A stretch of DNA of 64,000 nt from the human T2T-CHM13v2.0 reference genome, Homo sapiens: NCBI RefSeq assembly GCF_009914755.1, contig NC_060946.1; one strand, given 5' to 3'. The notes beneath the pieces are model-generated. The model searched no databases. It had not been told where the DNA came from and saw only the letters and a list, made by a program, of their open reading frames with translations. Position 1 is the stretch's first letter, and every line of letters starts with the position of its first letter. Positions 1 through 64,000 of the stretch are shown piece by piece. The position numbers and the translations under genes are program-made.

Positions 1-600
1 ATTCCTCCATTCTTTCCTACTGGGATTGCAATGGGCATGTTTGACTTTCTCAGTGTCTTCAACATCTCAAGCTCTCATATGTTCCATCCCCTTGCTCCTC
101 TGTGTGAAATTCTGTTATTTCTTCAGATTCATCTTTCATTAACTCTTTTATAGCTGTTGTTTAACATTGTTTTTCAAATCTTTCTGGTTATTTTTGATAG
201 CCTTTTGTTGCTCGCTATTATAATTCCATTTTAAAAAATATCTTTGAACATTTTATATCTAATTATTTTACATTTGTATCTAGAAATTCTAATGCTGATT
301 TCCTTAGGGATCTAATTTTTATTGTCTCTGCTTTGGTGTAGTTTAATTATGTGTTCTTTGCTTGTTCAATTGACAGCAATCCCAAAGACGTAACTAAACT
401 GGAGTGCTTTTTCCAGAGAGGATCTGTTTATTTCTCCTGAGACAATGACAACACCCACCTCTGTGTATATTTTACTGCTTTTAAGGGTTCCAGTTCAATC
501 CTGATCTCTGACTCAGATCTCCCACTAGAGCACTGATATGGCCATCTGCCCTCAGGGCAACCCAGCTTAGAGTCTTTAAAATTCTCTATAAGCACAACAG
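1..600 (-). mobile_element. Old L1 fragment (L1ME-like)
   Basis: T-rich degenerate antisense L1-like sequence. Confidence 0.4.
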
Positions 601-2030
601 TACATTAATCAGAAGGGCCCATTAGAGGATCTAGTTTTCCCTACTTCTAAAAGTGGAAGTTCAAACCTGTGTTTCAATTTTACATACACTCTTATATAAT
701 GTACCCTCCCTTAGAGTGCAAAGTATCAGTACTATCCTTTATCATCAGTTTAGGAGTTATATGTAGTATTACTACCTTAACATTAAAAACAATAACATTA
801 AACTGCCTGTAATTAATTATAAAAGCTTAGAGTATTCAGTTAAGGTAAACGATACCTAAAATGTTCTCCACAAAGCTAAAGGGAACAAGATTATTTCTTA
901 GTTTATTAAAAGGAAAAAAGAAAGTGTGATTCGAAACCCAAGGAACTGAAAAATAAGGTCAGATGCCTCAAATATGAGGAAACTGCCAGAGAATAAGCTG
1001 GATCCCTGCACTGACACCAAGGGAGTAACTGGCTAAACCACAGGCAGCTGTGACACAGCTGTGACGGCCCAGTCCCCGAAGGGACCAGAGAGTGCTGTGA
1101 AGGAGCTAAGTGCTAGCTTCAGGGAAAGCCCAGCCAAGCCAGGCTGTGGTCACTCCCGAACACTAAGGCTAGCCCTGGCAACAGCTCTGTGGGAGGGTCA
1201 ATTGTCAACAGTCACAGTGAACAGGGGCACCCATATTACTGTGCTCCATGCCTGTGGTGGGACAGCCTGATGGCAGGATTGCCAACTATTACATCCTCCT
1301 GCAGGCATATTCCCATAGGTAATAGGAAAGTGAATCCTTTCTTGAATTTTGGACTAAGTCCTGTCATTTCACTTTACAGTTAAATTGTCTAGATCCAGAC
1401 ACCTAAACAGCATAAAATCAGGGATGAAAACAGAGGCATTCAGACCTGAGAGACTTGTGTCAGAAAGGTCAAGCCTAGAGAAGCTGCTAAGTGAAAACGG
1501 AAGCTGAAGAAAACAGGAGGTGGAGGAGGATGTGGGCTCCCAGGAGGAGAGGTGAGCCTAGGAGGTGTTGCCCTAAGGCAGAGCCAGGCTTTGCTTCTCA
1601 GATGCCACACAGCACTTGGCCCCACTGAAGGGCCTGTCAGCTTCTGTGGGGCAGGTATCCCAAGGACAAGGACCCAGGAGGGTTGTTATTGTGTCTCCAC
1701 AGCCCTGCAAAGGGCTTAGCTCAGATTAGAGGTGCAGTGGGGACCTTTCAAACCAAGACAGAACCAGCAGCCTTGCCACCAAGGTACACAGAGGTATGAC
1801 TAATAAGTCTATCAATGTTCCCCTGTAAATGCAATCTATCCTCAAAACAGAGTTACCAAATGAATTAGGGCTCTAAATATGAACCCGGGAAAACTTAATA
1901 ACCAAACAGTAGGCAGTAATTAGGTGATAAGATCCAGGCATACGCTGCTTAAAAAGAAGCCCCATTCAAACATTAGAATGGACACTGCAGGTGGCTCTTG
2001 TCAGGAATGACCTGCATGAACTGGGCTCAC

Positions 2031-15915
<13,885 letters not shown>

Positions 15916-15918
<3 letters not shown>

Positions 15919-16048
15919 GATGGACACCACCTGGCAGACTCCGCTCCTCTCAGGCAATGCAACGAAGAAACCCCGCCGACCGCTCTCCCAGCCGCCGCTG
16001 CCGCTGCCGCCGCGCCAAGCCGGTACGCCCCAGAGGCTCACCGGAAGT
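15916..16048 (-). other. UFD1: UFD1 exon 1 (5'UTR plus ATG only); 5' end approximate
   Basis: ...TCCATCATG|gtaagc; the ATG (15918-15916) is immediately followed by the donor; lies in the CpG island. Confidence 0.85.
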
Positions 16049-16049
16049 G
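16040..16049 (+). promoter_or_regulatory. ETS (GABPA/ELK-type) site at the UFD1 start region
   Basis: ACCGGAAGTG perfect consensus. Confidence 0.7.
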
Positions 16050-16272
16050 CCGGACCCGAGACCCGGAGGGGGGGTGCCCGGGACAAAGCGTCGGCTGCAA
16101 AAGAGAAAAGGCCAGGCGAAGACGCTAGGCTCTAAAACACCCTCAGTAGAAGCATTAAAATGCCCTTTCGTGATTTATTTCCCCTTTTATAGGTACTTTT
16201 AAACGTTATTTTAAATTACGTGTTGACAGTATTCCCCTCCAGACGAATTTAGTAGGGCCCATTGTCCTTACG

Positions 16273-16308
16273 ACTACACTACCCACAATGCACTACCCAG
16301 ACTGCCTC
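16273..16308 (+). promoter_or_regulatory. ZNF143 (SBS)/THAP11 ACTACA-extended motif plus tandem second SBS
   Basis: ACTACActaCCCACAATGCAC followed by TACCCAGACTGCC. Confidence 0.7.
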
Positions 16309-16629
16309 TGCTTCAGCCATCGAGGACTCGGGCGGAACTAAGCTACAAATCCTTCTTCAAACCACACCAAAAACCTATTGCAAACGTAAATGCTGCCCCA
16401 TTGGGTATGTGACTGAGTTTAATGTATGGTTAGAAGTATACTTTCCCTGAGGGTTCCCAGTGGGAGGCAGTAGGCTTCTCTTCCCAAAGTAAAGATGTCC
16501 GCCCAGCGTCGCTTTTCTGGGTAAAAGCGAGTCAGAGTTGAAGGGGGCAACAGTGTTTGCGTTCGGCCTCAGAGGTGACGCTTCTTTGGGGGCGGGCTGG
16601 AGTTTTCTGGCCGTGAATGGCAGAGCGCT

Positions 16630-16737
16630 AATGGCCGCCTCCAATGTGGCCCAATCAGAAAGAAAGGAAGGCTGGGAACTAAGAAGCTATTGGTTGGTGA
16701 TCCCTGGACCAATCGGAGGAGCCGTGATTTGGCGGGA
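16630..16737 (+). promoter_or_regulatory. CDC45 proximal G1/S module: NF-Y CCAAT boxes and E2F site
   Basis: CCAAT at 16641, 16651 and 16709, ATTGG at 16689; E2F TTTGGCGGGA at 16728-16737; YY1-like AATGGCCGCC at 16630. Confidence 0.75.
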
Positions 16738-16801
16738 GTCTTGACCGCCGCCGGGGTCTTGGTACCTCAGCGCGAGCGCCAGGCGTCCGGCCGCCGTGGC
16801 T

Positions 16802-55749
<38,948 letters not shown>

Positions 55750-56530
55750 GGTGAGTTACAGGGGTTCTGCAGGTGTGGCTGCAGCAGCCCCCTCAGAGCC
55801 CGACCCTGATGCCCTGCTCTGTCCTCCCTCAACGGAGGCTTCTACTTGGGTTTCAGACCGAAGCAGGGTTCTTGAGATTGGAGCCAACACATTTTTCCCA
55901 AGCACATCTGTCCTTAGGCTGCCAGCAGGGCCACAATGGGGCATTTTGAGGCAGCTAATTTCATTAAGCCCCTGCGATCCCTTCAGAAAGAGCTGGTATT
56001 CACCCTCTGCTGACCACACTTGGGCTGGGCATCGCGTGTGACACATGTCACACACAGACTCCCTGGTGCTGCCCTCGAAGGCCACCTGGAGCCTCCTGTC
56101 CCACAGCCTTCGTGTCAGGCGCTGGGCAAGAGCCCGCAGAGCAGCCATCCGGGCTTTTGTGTGCTTGGCTCATGAGAAAGCAAAGCTGTTGGCAGCCGCT
56201 TAGCTGGGAATTCCAAAGCGCTGGTTCTGCTGGGGCCTTCACCAGCACACAGCTGTCCTGAGGGCCCCATTGGGATTCACTGGCAGGTCACTGTCCCGCG
56301 ACACCTCCCACTGCCCCATGTGCTACCTCTTTCTTAAGGGTTCCCAGGAAATAGGCCTGCCTTGTGTCTTTGTAACCATCTCTCAGCCCAGGTTCCCCAC
56401 AGGGAATGCCACATCCAGCCCTGCATCTCCCAGAGCCCTAGCCTGGAGGCTGCGGCTGTGGCAGATGGGCCCTGCCAAGACTCTGTTGCAGGAGGTCCCT
56501 CAGGCCAGGCCTGGGGTCCTCCCCACTCTC

Positions 56531-56563
56531 CCATCCGTCCGTCCATCCATCCATCTGTCCATC
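56531..56563 (+). repeat. (CCAT/CCGT)n tetranucleotide repeat
   Basis: ccatccgtccgtccatccatccatctgtccatc. Confidence 0.8.
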
Positions 56564-57321
56564 CCTCCAGGGGCAAGCACCTGTTCTCCTGTTGGGGCTG
56601 GAGTGGGGGTTTCTGCTGACAACAGCATAGGGGGCCTCAGGGACCCCACAGTTCCTCTCAGGGTGGCCTGGGCTACATGGGGCCCATTTTGGGCGCGGGG
56701 CTCTGAGTCAGACCCTCGGGGTTTTTGGCAAGTTCTGTAGGGTCATCAGCAGTGACCTTGGGCCAGCCACCTAATCAGGCTTAGCCTGTTTCCTCATCCA
56801 AAAATGGGGCCCACTCTCTCCTTAGACGATGAGTGTGAGCATCACAGGACTGCATAGGGTGGGGCGGAGGCAGAGGTGGGGCTCTCTGGCAGTGGAGTGG
56901 GTGCTAGAGGCAAACCCCTCCCCTGCAGCCTGCTTGGTGGTGATGTTATGCTGCTGTGTGTCCTTCCACTGAGGCAGGGGCACAGGTGGCCTGGGCTAGG
57001 AGGGCTGAGCAGCAGAGTGCCGAGGGATGGAGGGAGAGCCCCCATGGGAGGGTGCCAGGGGGCTGGCTGAGCAGCTGGGCGGGGTCCGTGAGGTAAGAAG
57101 GTGCCCGGGCCAGGGGGCAGGAGCTCTGATGTAGGACAGCTCAGCCCAGTCAAGGGGTGCTATGAGGACAGCAGGGGCCTCCGAGTCTGGGGTGGCCTCA
57201 CCCCCACAAGCAGTCCTGGCTACTCAGCAGCACTACCCAGAGGGGACGCCTGGGCAGTTTCTTCAATTCGGTGGCACATCAACATCGTTTGAAACTTGTT
57301 TTTTCTTGTTTTGTTTTCTAG

Positions 57322-57445
57322 AATTTGATTCTTCCAGAATGACCTTCTTATTTATGTAACTGGCTTTCATTTAGATTGTAAGTTATGGACATGATTTGAG
57401 ATGTAGAAGCCATTTTTTATTAAATAAAATGCTTATTTTAGGCTC
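57322..57445 (+). other. CDC45: CDC45 non-coding terminal exon (3'UTR); 3' end approximate
   Basis: Long pyrimidine tract ttttttcttgttttgttttctag|AATTTG; AU-rich sequence; poly(A) signals follow. Confidence 0.85.
57419..57428 (+). terminator. CDC45 polyadenylation signal (overlapping ATTAAA/AATAAA)
   Basis: ATTAAATAAA at 57419-57428. Confidence 0.85.
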
Positions 57446-58079
57446 CGTCCCCATTGTGGCTCTGGTCTCGAGGCCAGTGCTTGAGTGTGCTCTGAGCCTT
57501 CTGTGGGTCTTGGGCCCCAGGAGCCCTCAGTGCCTGGCAGGAAATCAGCATGGGGATTGGCCCCAAGGACAAGATCTCCTTACTCTGTCCTCCAGGCCCT
57601 CCGGGTGGCAGTGGACAGAGGTCAGGACCCCTCGGCATCCCCGCCTCCTCATAGCACCTGCACCGGCCACTGCCTGGTGGTGCCAGCCAGCACCTGGCTC
57701 TGTCCACCTACCACTTCCTCTGGTCCACCTGGCCTCAGCCACATAGCAAGTCCACCCTCTCAGCCATCCCTCCACCTGTGGGTCTCACCATCCAGCACTC
57801 TTTTCCAGGTCTTTGAAGGCAGGAGTGATTTGGGTAGGTTTTAAGTCAGTGGGGAAAAGCTCAGAAAGAGTGGCCTGGAAAAGAGCACACAGGTAGGTGG
57901 GGCTGGTCTTGGTGCAGCCCTTGGCAAAGGGCAGTGGGCACAAAAGGGTGAGAGCTGGACTGGAGGCTGGGCCCCTCCCCTCACCTCTGGTGGTTTGCAC
58001 AGCTTCCCGGGACCCTTGAGCTGCCTACCCTGGCCATTTGGGAAAATTCAAAGGCTGTGCAGCTTCCTTTCCATGCCCT

Positions 58080-58373
<294 letters not shown>

Positions 58374-59881
58374 CCGTGCCTGTCCTTTCTTAGGAAAAGG
58401 CTTTCTTAGGAATGCCCTCCCAGGCAGCCTTGGGCCTCAGCTTCTGACCAAACACACCAGACCTGGTACTACCCAGTCCCGGTGGCCAGGTGCAAGAGTG
58501 TAAGGACCATTGTTTTTGGCTCTGCCCAGGGCCACAGCTCTGGGATCACACACTCCCAAGCTTGGGGACTATTCTTGGTCCCTGTTGTACAGGCCCAGGT
58601 GGGGTACAGGTCAGGCCTGCTGAGGACCTCTGCACCGTGGGGCCCCTCTCCCTGTAACTCATCCCACCGGCTGGTTCCACAGCAGCTCCCAGGAAGCTGC
58701 CACACATTCCAGCAGCTGCCCTAAGCCACTCTGAGCCTGCATTCTTGGGGTTCTCCCACTGCTCCATGATGGTAGCCTGGCCAGACCTAGGAGACTCCCT
58801 GCCACTGGATGTGGCCCAGACATTTCTGGGCAGGGCTCCCAAGTCCAGTTTGGGGCAGATACCAAGTCTCCCTTCCGGCTGGGCTTAGAGCTCTTCCCTG
58901 CAGCATGCCCCCTTCATCAGCTGCTCTCTTCTGCTTCTAGCTTTATGTCAAATGTCAAAAATGTGTTAATTCAAAGTGCCTAGAACAAGGCTAAAAACAG
59001 TGAGCTCTCAGTGGCTATGTTAGATGGCTCTAGACACCCCCATTCCAAGGTGCCTGGCAGGGGCCAGCACTGACTCCCAGGCCACACAGCCCCTGGAGGA
59101 GGAAGGTTACCCAGAGTGCCCCCAGCAGGGGCTGGCACAGGTGCTGGTTGTGAGCACCATTCTGGGCAGGCTGCCAGGCCAGCAGGGTGGGTACAGGCTC
59201 TGTAGGGAGCTGCGCTGGGACTGGCAGAGGAGCCAGGACGAGGGGCTAGAGCCAAGCTGTGGTACTCCAGGCAACCAGCTGCCAGCACCTCCTCCCATGG
59301 CAACCCTACTGTTGACCGGCGTGTCCTGCATTCACCCCTGTTCCTGCCCCACCCACCATTGGAAAGGGCCTGGTCGGGGATTCTACAGACCTCTGTGGCC
59401 ACTTGATGGGGCTTGGGACTAGGCAAGCCCTGAGAGGGCAGTGGAAAACCTCACCCTGTGCTGTGTGGGGCTTGGCCCTTTCTGGGAGAAGCCAGCGGCC
59501 TGGCTGCTCACCCCCAGCACTTCCCACACCGCAGGACCCCCACTCACCAGCCTGTGTTGAGGGCGCTTCACCCCGCATCTTCTGCTGGGGTCTGCCGCTG
59601 CCCCCGCCCCTGTCCCATCCCGGGCCCCAGGGCCCCATGACGCAGCAGCTCTTCTGACCGCAGATCCCGCCTTTCTGGGCTGTAGTAAGTGGTGGCTGTG
59701 TCTCCCACCTGGTGGGAAGGTGGCAGGGAGGATGGGGAAAAGAGCCCCAGCCTCCAGCCCTGGGAGGAGGTCTCCACAGGAGTCCTTGGGAGGGCGGGGC
59801 TGGTGGGTGATGAATGGGGCTGCTGGACACGGAAGATGGCTGGACAGAGAACAGGACACAGGTGGGAGAGAGTTCAAACCA

Positions 59882-59887
59882 TTTACT
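59882..59887 (-). terminator. Probable CLDN5 poly(A) signal (variant AGTAAA)
   Basis: AGTAAA about 550 nt after the stop, followed by a U/GU-rich tract; I saw no AATAAA in the 3'UTR. Confidence 0.65.
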
Positions 59888-60439
59888 AAGCAGATTCTTA
59901 GCCTTCCCACTCCCGCCCTCTCTCAAGCTCCGGTGCCCACAAGCCTTGCCTGGGGAGATGCTGGAGTGAGACCGGGAGGTCCAGGCCAAGTCACTGGTCC
60001 CTGGGCTCGGGCCCTGCCGATGGAGTAAAGACCAGCTGTACACATCTTCCGGTGGGGGCCCTGGGCTCTGCATCCGCCCCTCCGAAGTCAGCAGGAGCCT
60101 CTGGGAAGTAAGGCAGCAGCCAAGACCCCCAGCGTCTTGGAGGGGAAGCGAAATCCTCAGTCTGACACCCGCTCTGCCTATGGAAACAGCGCCGCGCACA
60201 GAAAAGGAAACTTCATTCCGTCTGTTAAGGGCAGGGCCGGGCTAGTGGCAGGAGAAGGTCAGCTGCGGGCGCAGGCAGGAGCGGATCCAGGAGCCGCGTC
60301 GGGGCGCAGAGCCGGACGTTCCGAGGAGCCTGCGCGCCGCGCTACCCGGCGGAAGCCGCGGTCCATGCGGGGCTCCCCAGGCTTATCCAACGCCTCGCAG
60401 GCGTGGCTGGCAGGAGGGGCCCGGCCGTGCCCAGCGCCC

Positions 60440-61096
60440 TCAGACGTAGTTCTTCTTGTCGTAGTCGCCGGTGGCCGTGGGCCGCCGCGGCGCTGAGTAC
60501 TTCACGGGGAAGCTGAGGTCGGGACGGCCGGTGCAGACCCAGGCGCCGCAGCACAAGAGGCAGCCGCCTACCATGAGCAGCGCGGTGGCCGCCCAGCCGA
60601 TGTACAGCGCTGCGCCCAGCTCGTACTTCTGCGACACGGGCACAGACGGGTCGTAAAACTCGCGGACGACAATGTTGGCGAACCAGCAGAGTGGCACGAG
60701 CGCCAGCAGCCCGCAAAACAGGTAGAGCACGCCTCCCGTGAGGGCCACACGCGCCTTGGCCGGGCCCGGGGCCACGCAGGTGGTGCACTGCGCGCCCGCC
60801 AGGGTCACGAAGAGCGCAACGAACGCCAGCAGCACGGCGCTCACGGTGAGCGCCCGCGCCGCCTGCACCTCGGTGCTCAGAGCCAGCACCGAGTCGTACA
60901 CTTTGCACTGCATGTGCCCGGTGCTCTGCACCACGCACGACATCCACAGCCCCTTCCAGGTGGTCTGCGCCGTCACGATGTTGTGGTCCAGGAAGGCGGT
61001 CACCTGCCACATGGGCAGCCCGCACGCCAGGATCAGACCCCCCCAGCCCACCAGGCACAGCACCAGGCCCAGGATCTCCAACGCTGCGGACCCCAT
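60440..61096 (-). CDS. CLDN5: Claudin-5, endothelial tight-junction protein, 218 aa, intronless CDS
   Basis: [65 protein letters not shown]... has the claudin W-GLW-C-C signature, 4 hydrophobic segments and C-terminal YV PDZ motif; ATG in GCCATGG Kozak context. Confidence 0.98.
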   Translation of the reverse strand: MGSAALEILGLVLCLVGWGGLILACGLPMWQVTAFLDHNIVTAQTTWKGLWMSCVVQSTGHMQCKVYDSVLALSTEVQAARALTVSAVLLAFVALFVTLAGAQCTTCVAPGPAKARVALTGGVLYLFCGLLALVPLCWFANIVVREFYDPSVPVSQKYELGAALYIGWAATALLMVGGCLLCCGAWVCTGRPDLSFPVKYSAPRRPTATGDYDKKNYV

Positions 61097-61240
61097 GGCT
61101 AGAGGCGAGACGCGCACCCGAAGGCCCGCAGAACCCCCAAGGCCGTGCTGCGCGGCGCCCTGGGCGGGCCCTGGTGCCTTTGCGCCCGCGCTCCCGGCTC
61201 TTGGCCCCAGTCCGTTTGCCCCGCGGGTCTGTCGCACCTC

Positions 61241-61351
61241 CTAGGTCTGCCAGCTCCTGCCGGGGGGTACCCTCTTTGAAGGTTCGGGGGCGGATTCTGT
61301 CCCCCGGGCCCGGCCCCCCGGCCCGAAGCAGCCAATCCGTGCGCGGGTCAT
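61241..61351 (-). other. CLDN5: 36-codon upstream ORF in frame with CLDN5 (long-isoform N-extension interrupted by TAG at codon 37)
   Basis: ATG at 61351 reads MTRARIGCFGPGGRARGTESAPEPSKRVPPGRSWQT* (TAG 61243-61241); the frame reopens and runs into the CLDN5 ATG 255 nt downstream of the uATG. Confidence 0.85.
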
Positions 61352-64000
61352 CGTGCCGCAGCCAATCACAGAGCCTCTGGCAGCTGAAGTTAGGGAAACA
61401 ACGGCTCTTGAGGGGTAGCTGAGGGCGCGGGACCGCTCCCCGCCCGGCAGCCGCCCCCAGCCCCACCCGCCGTTGTCCTAGTCGCGGCCGAGCGCATTCT
61501 GGGCTGGCCTAGGGCGCGCTTCTTGGGCCGCCTCCCTGCGCGTCCCGGCCCCGTCACTTCAGAAGGCGCTCGACCCCCAGTCTGCACCACCCAGTCCACT
61601 CCCACATCCCCGACTGAGCCGGGTGGTCTCTTCCACTCGAGCCAGCTCCACTTCCCTGACCAAGGTTTGCAGAAGCCCCCCACCCCGTCACCGCCGTAGA
61701 GGCCCTCGTAGGGGGGCTCTCCAGAAAGCCCGCCCCGGGGTCCAAGCCCCACCCAGGCCCTTTCTCGCACTCTCACTCTCCAGCCCCGCTCTGAGTCCCA
61801 GCACTGTCTCTCTCATCCCATGGCAAACAGAGAGGCCAGGCAGGCGTGTGGAGGTCAGGCCCAGGGCCCCAGCCTCACCCCCCATGCCACTCACTGCCTC
61901 TCTGGAGCCTGAGTCTCTGGCAAAAAGCGGTGGCACAGGGGCTTTCCCCCTGCCTGGCGACCCCCACTCTCCCAAGCCGCAGGGGCTTCCCAGACCTCTC
62001 AATCTTCACAGGGGCTGCTCCTCTTCCTGCGGTACTGCCCGCACCCCATCCTTGGGGGCCCAGTTCAGGTGACACCACTTCAGGAAGTTCCCAGTGACCC
62101 AGCACACTGGGTGTAGCACCCAGGGGCAGTGGTGGCCCCAGGCCTAGCAGCCTGCTCTGGCCTTCAGACAGGAGAGACAAAGGGACACGGAGGGGCTGTG
62201 CCCTGCCCTCCCACCAGTGGCGATGGTGTCCCTGGCACCCCAGCCCCCAGGCCACCCTCCGGAAGCCAACTTGGAGTTTCCTGGCCAGGAGGAAGAGCCC
62301 CCATCCTTGCTGGAGGAGGGAGGCGCGGGATTTCCGGGCATTCTTCTGCACAATGGCCCAGCCATTTCTCGAAAGGTCCACTGGTGTGGACACTCCGGGC
62401 CCCCTGAGGCTCAGGTGGGGGCACGCGGCTCCAAAACCCACAGCCCCATGGGGGCACCAGCCCCTTTCTAGTAGTTCTTTCCCCAGTCTCTCTCGGCCCC
62501 TTTGTTTCCAGTAAAGTTTGAACTCCAGGCCCTGGACTGAGGCCACTGGGTGCCCAGTTCTTTTATCTGGTCTGTGCTCAGTTCCATTGGACAGGGCCCT
62601 CCATAGAAAAAGTATGGCACTGAGGCTGGTCACAGATGTGGGAGGTTTGATGACTTTCTCCCTCCTGGGGCCCGGTTCCCTTCTCCCCCTTCAGATGGCT
62701 CTGAGATGGTAAATGAGATAAGGCCAGCGTCTGGCTCACCTAGTGTGGGGAGGTTCTGAAGGCAAGTGTGCCCAGCCCTGAGGCTGGAAGGAAATCATAC
62801 CCTCTTTGCTCAGCCCCACGTGGCCTCTCCCCACCAGGTATGGCTCTGAGGACCACTGCCTTCTCCCAGCTATCACTTTAGTCACTGCCTTCCTCCTGCT
62901 GCAGACCCATGGGCCATGCCCCTTCCTCTACAGACCCTCCTGGACATCTCCTCCTCTGTGTACTCCAGGGGTACAGCTGACCCACCCACCCTCTCACTCT
63001 TACTACCCCCTAACCCAAGCCCAGGGAACTTCCCCAGATCCCCCTACTCCCAGCCCTTCCATGCCACCATCTTCCTGGGATGACTGCTGCGGCCTCCTCA
63101 GGTCATCAGGGACCTGCCCTTGCCCAGCTAGGCCACCCACCCCACCAGGCCCCTCTCCTGGGCCTCACCCTACCTAAGACCCTCCATGGCTCATATTGCC
63201 CATGGACGAAGAGCCGACTCCCAGAGCAGCTGGATTGATGTGTACCTGCATGCGCTAGGACTGGCCAGTCCAGCCACCAGTCTTGGTGCGGCCCTGAGCA
63301 CACACTCTGCCCCAGGAGACTTACCTGCCTATGGGCCTCACATGGGCCGTCTCTTACCTTGGCCTCTTCTGCCCGCAGCGTGTATCTGTCAGGTTGGGTC
63401 CTGCTCATCTTCTAAGATGTGTTGCCGAGGTCATTTCCAGGAACACCTTGCTGCACCGTCCCCCAGCATTGCTTTTAGAAGCTTGAGCTGGACCTGTCCT
63501 TTTGCTTGCCGACTTTCCCACCTAGTATCCAGGAATAACCTCCACAGGGTGGCTGTCTTCATGCGTCTGTCCTGCACAGGAGGCTGCCTGTTGCCCTCTA
63601 GCCAGCTTGGAGCTGCAGCCAGCCCAAGGCTCTCCCTTCTCACCTGGCTGCCTGTTTTTCTTCTCTCCTAGCTGTCACCCTAGGGTGGCCCCAGCAAGCT
63701 CATGTTTCTTTGGTGGCAGCCTCACAGCATCTCAGGGACGTGGCAGAGGAGTCTCAGGCTTCACCTTTCACAATCTGGTTTCTACCCTGACCCCACTATG
63801 TTGGTCGAGGCCCCAGGCTGCAGTGGAACAATGCCAATGCAGAGAGGCCCAGAGAGGGCCGCAGGGGCTGACGCCACCCCAGACAAACCCACCTCAGATG
63901 GAGGCTGGCCTCTGAGTAGCCCAGGCCAGACTCCGGAGGGGCATGAGGGTGCACCCACCTTTCCTGCCACTCATGGAGGGTCTGCTCACCTACTTCGTGG

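Larger units (their letters stand above)
60180..61760. promoter_or_regulatory. CpG island covering CLDN5 CDS and proximal promoter
   Basis: Very high CpG density; CCAAT motifs at about 61332 and 61362; GC box 61287-61293; CTTTGAA 61274-61280. Confidence 0.85.

Noticed and set aside
59306-60199. 297-codon ORF in the CLDN5 3'UTR
   Set aside because: GTG start, low-complexity Pro/Gly/Ser content, runs through the probable poly(A) site, no recognisable domain
60440-61237. ORF-track 265-aa version of CLDN5
   Set aside because: Starts at a GTG after the in-frame TAG; the Kozak ATG at 61096 gives the recognised 218-aa protein
60342-61466. 374-codon alternative-frame ORF overlapping CLDN5
   Set aside because: GTG start with no internal Met; Arg/Gly/Ala-rich composition expected from stop-codon scarcity in a GC-rich CpG island and the GC3 bias of the real CDS
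61623-63970. 100-250 aa ORFs upstream of CLDN5
   Set aside because: GC-rich chance ORFs on both strands with no coherent exon structure or known domain

Overview
Human (or very close primate) genomic DNA from the 22q11.21 DiGeorge interval. It contains three recognisable genes. (1) The 5' half of UFD1 on the minus strand: coding exons 1-6, codons 1-165, with the remaining exons beyond the window start. (2) The complete CDC45 gene on the plus strand: 18 coding exons summing to 1701 nt (566 aa), a non-coding last exon and a 96-nt in-frame cassette exon. CDC45 is head-to-head with UFD1 across an 883-bp CpG-island bidirectional promoter. (3) CLDN5 on the minus strand: an intronless 218-aa CDS, tail-to-tail with CDC45. 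This haplotype has a TAG at codon 37 of the CLDN5 long upstream reading frame. Introns are filled with Alu, L1, MIR/L2, MaLR/ERV1 LTRs and a MER44 DNA transposon; family names are by eye and need RepeatMasker. Most ORF-track entries are chance or repeat-derived. I found no new protein-coding system. The most unusual structure is in CDC45 intron 9: two ERV1-type 5'LTR+leader copies in INVERTED orientation (about 37148-38348 and 40650-41871). Their outer ends are about 97% identical despite each arm carrying its own old Alu insertion, which suggests ongoing gene conversion, a long pre-mRNA hairpin and a possible inversion polymorphism.
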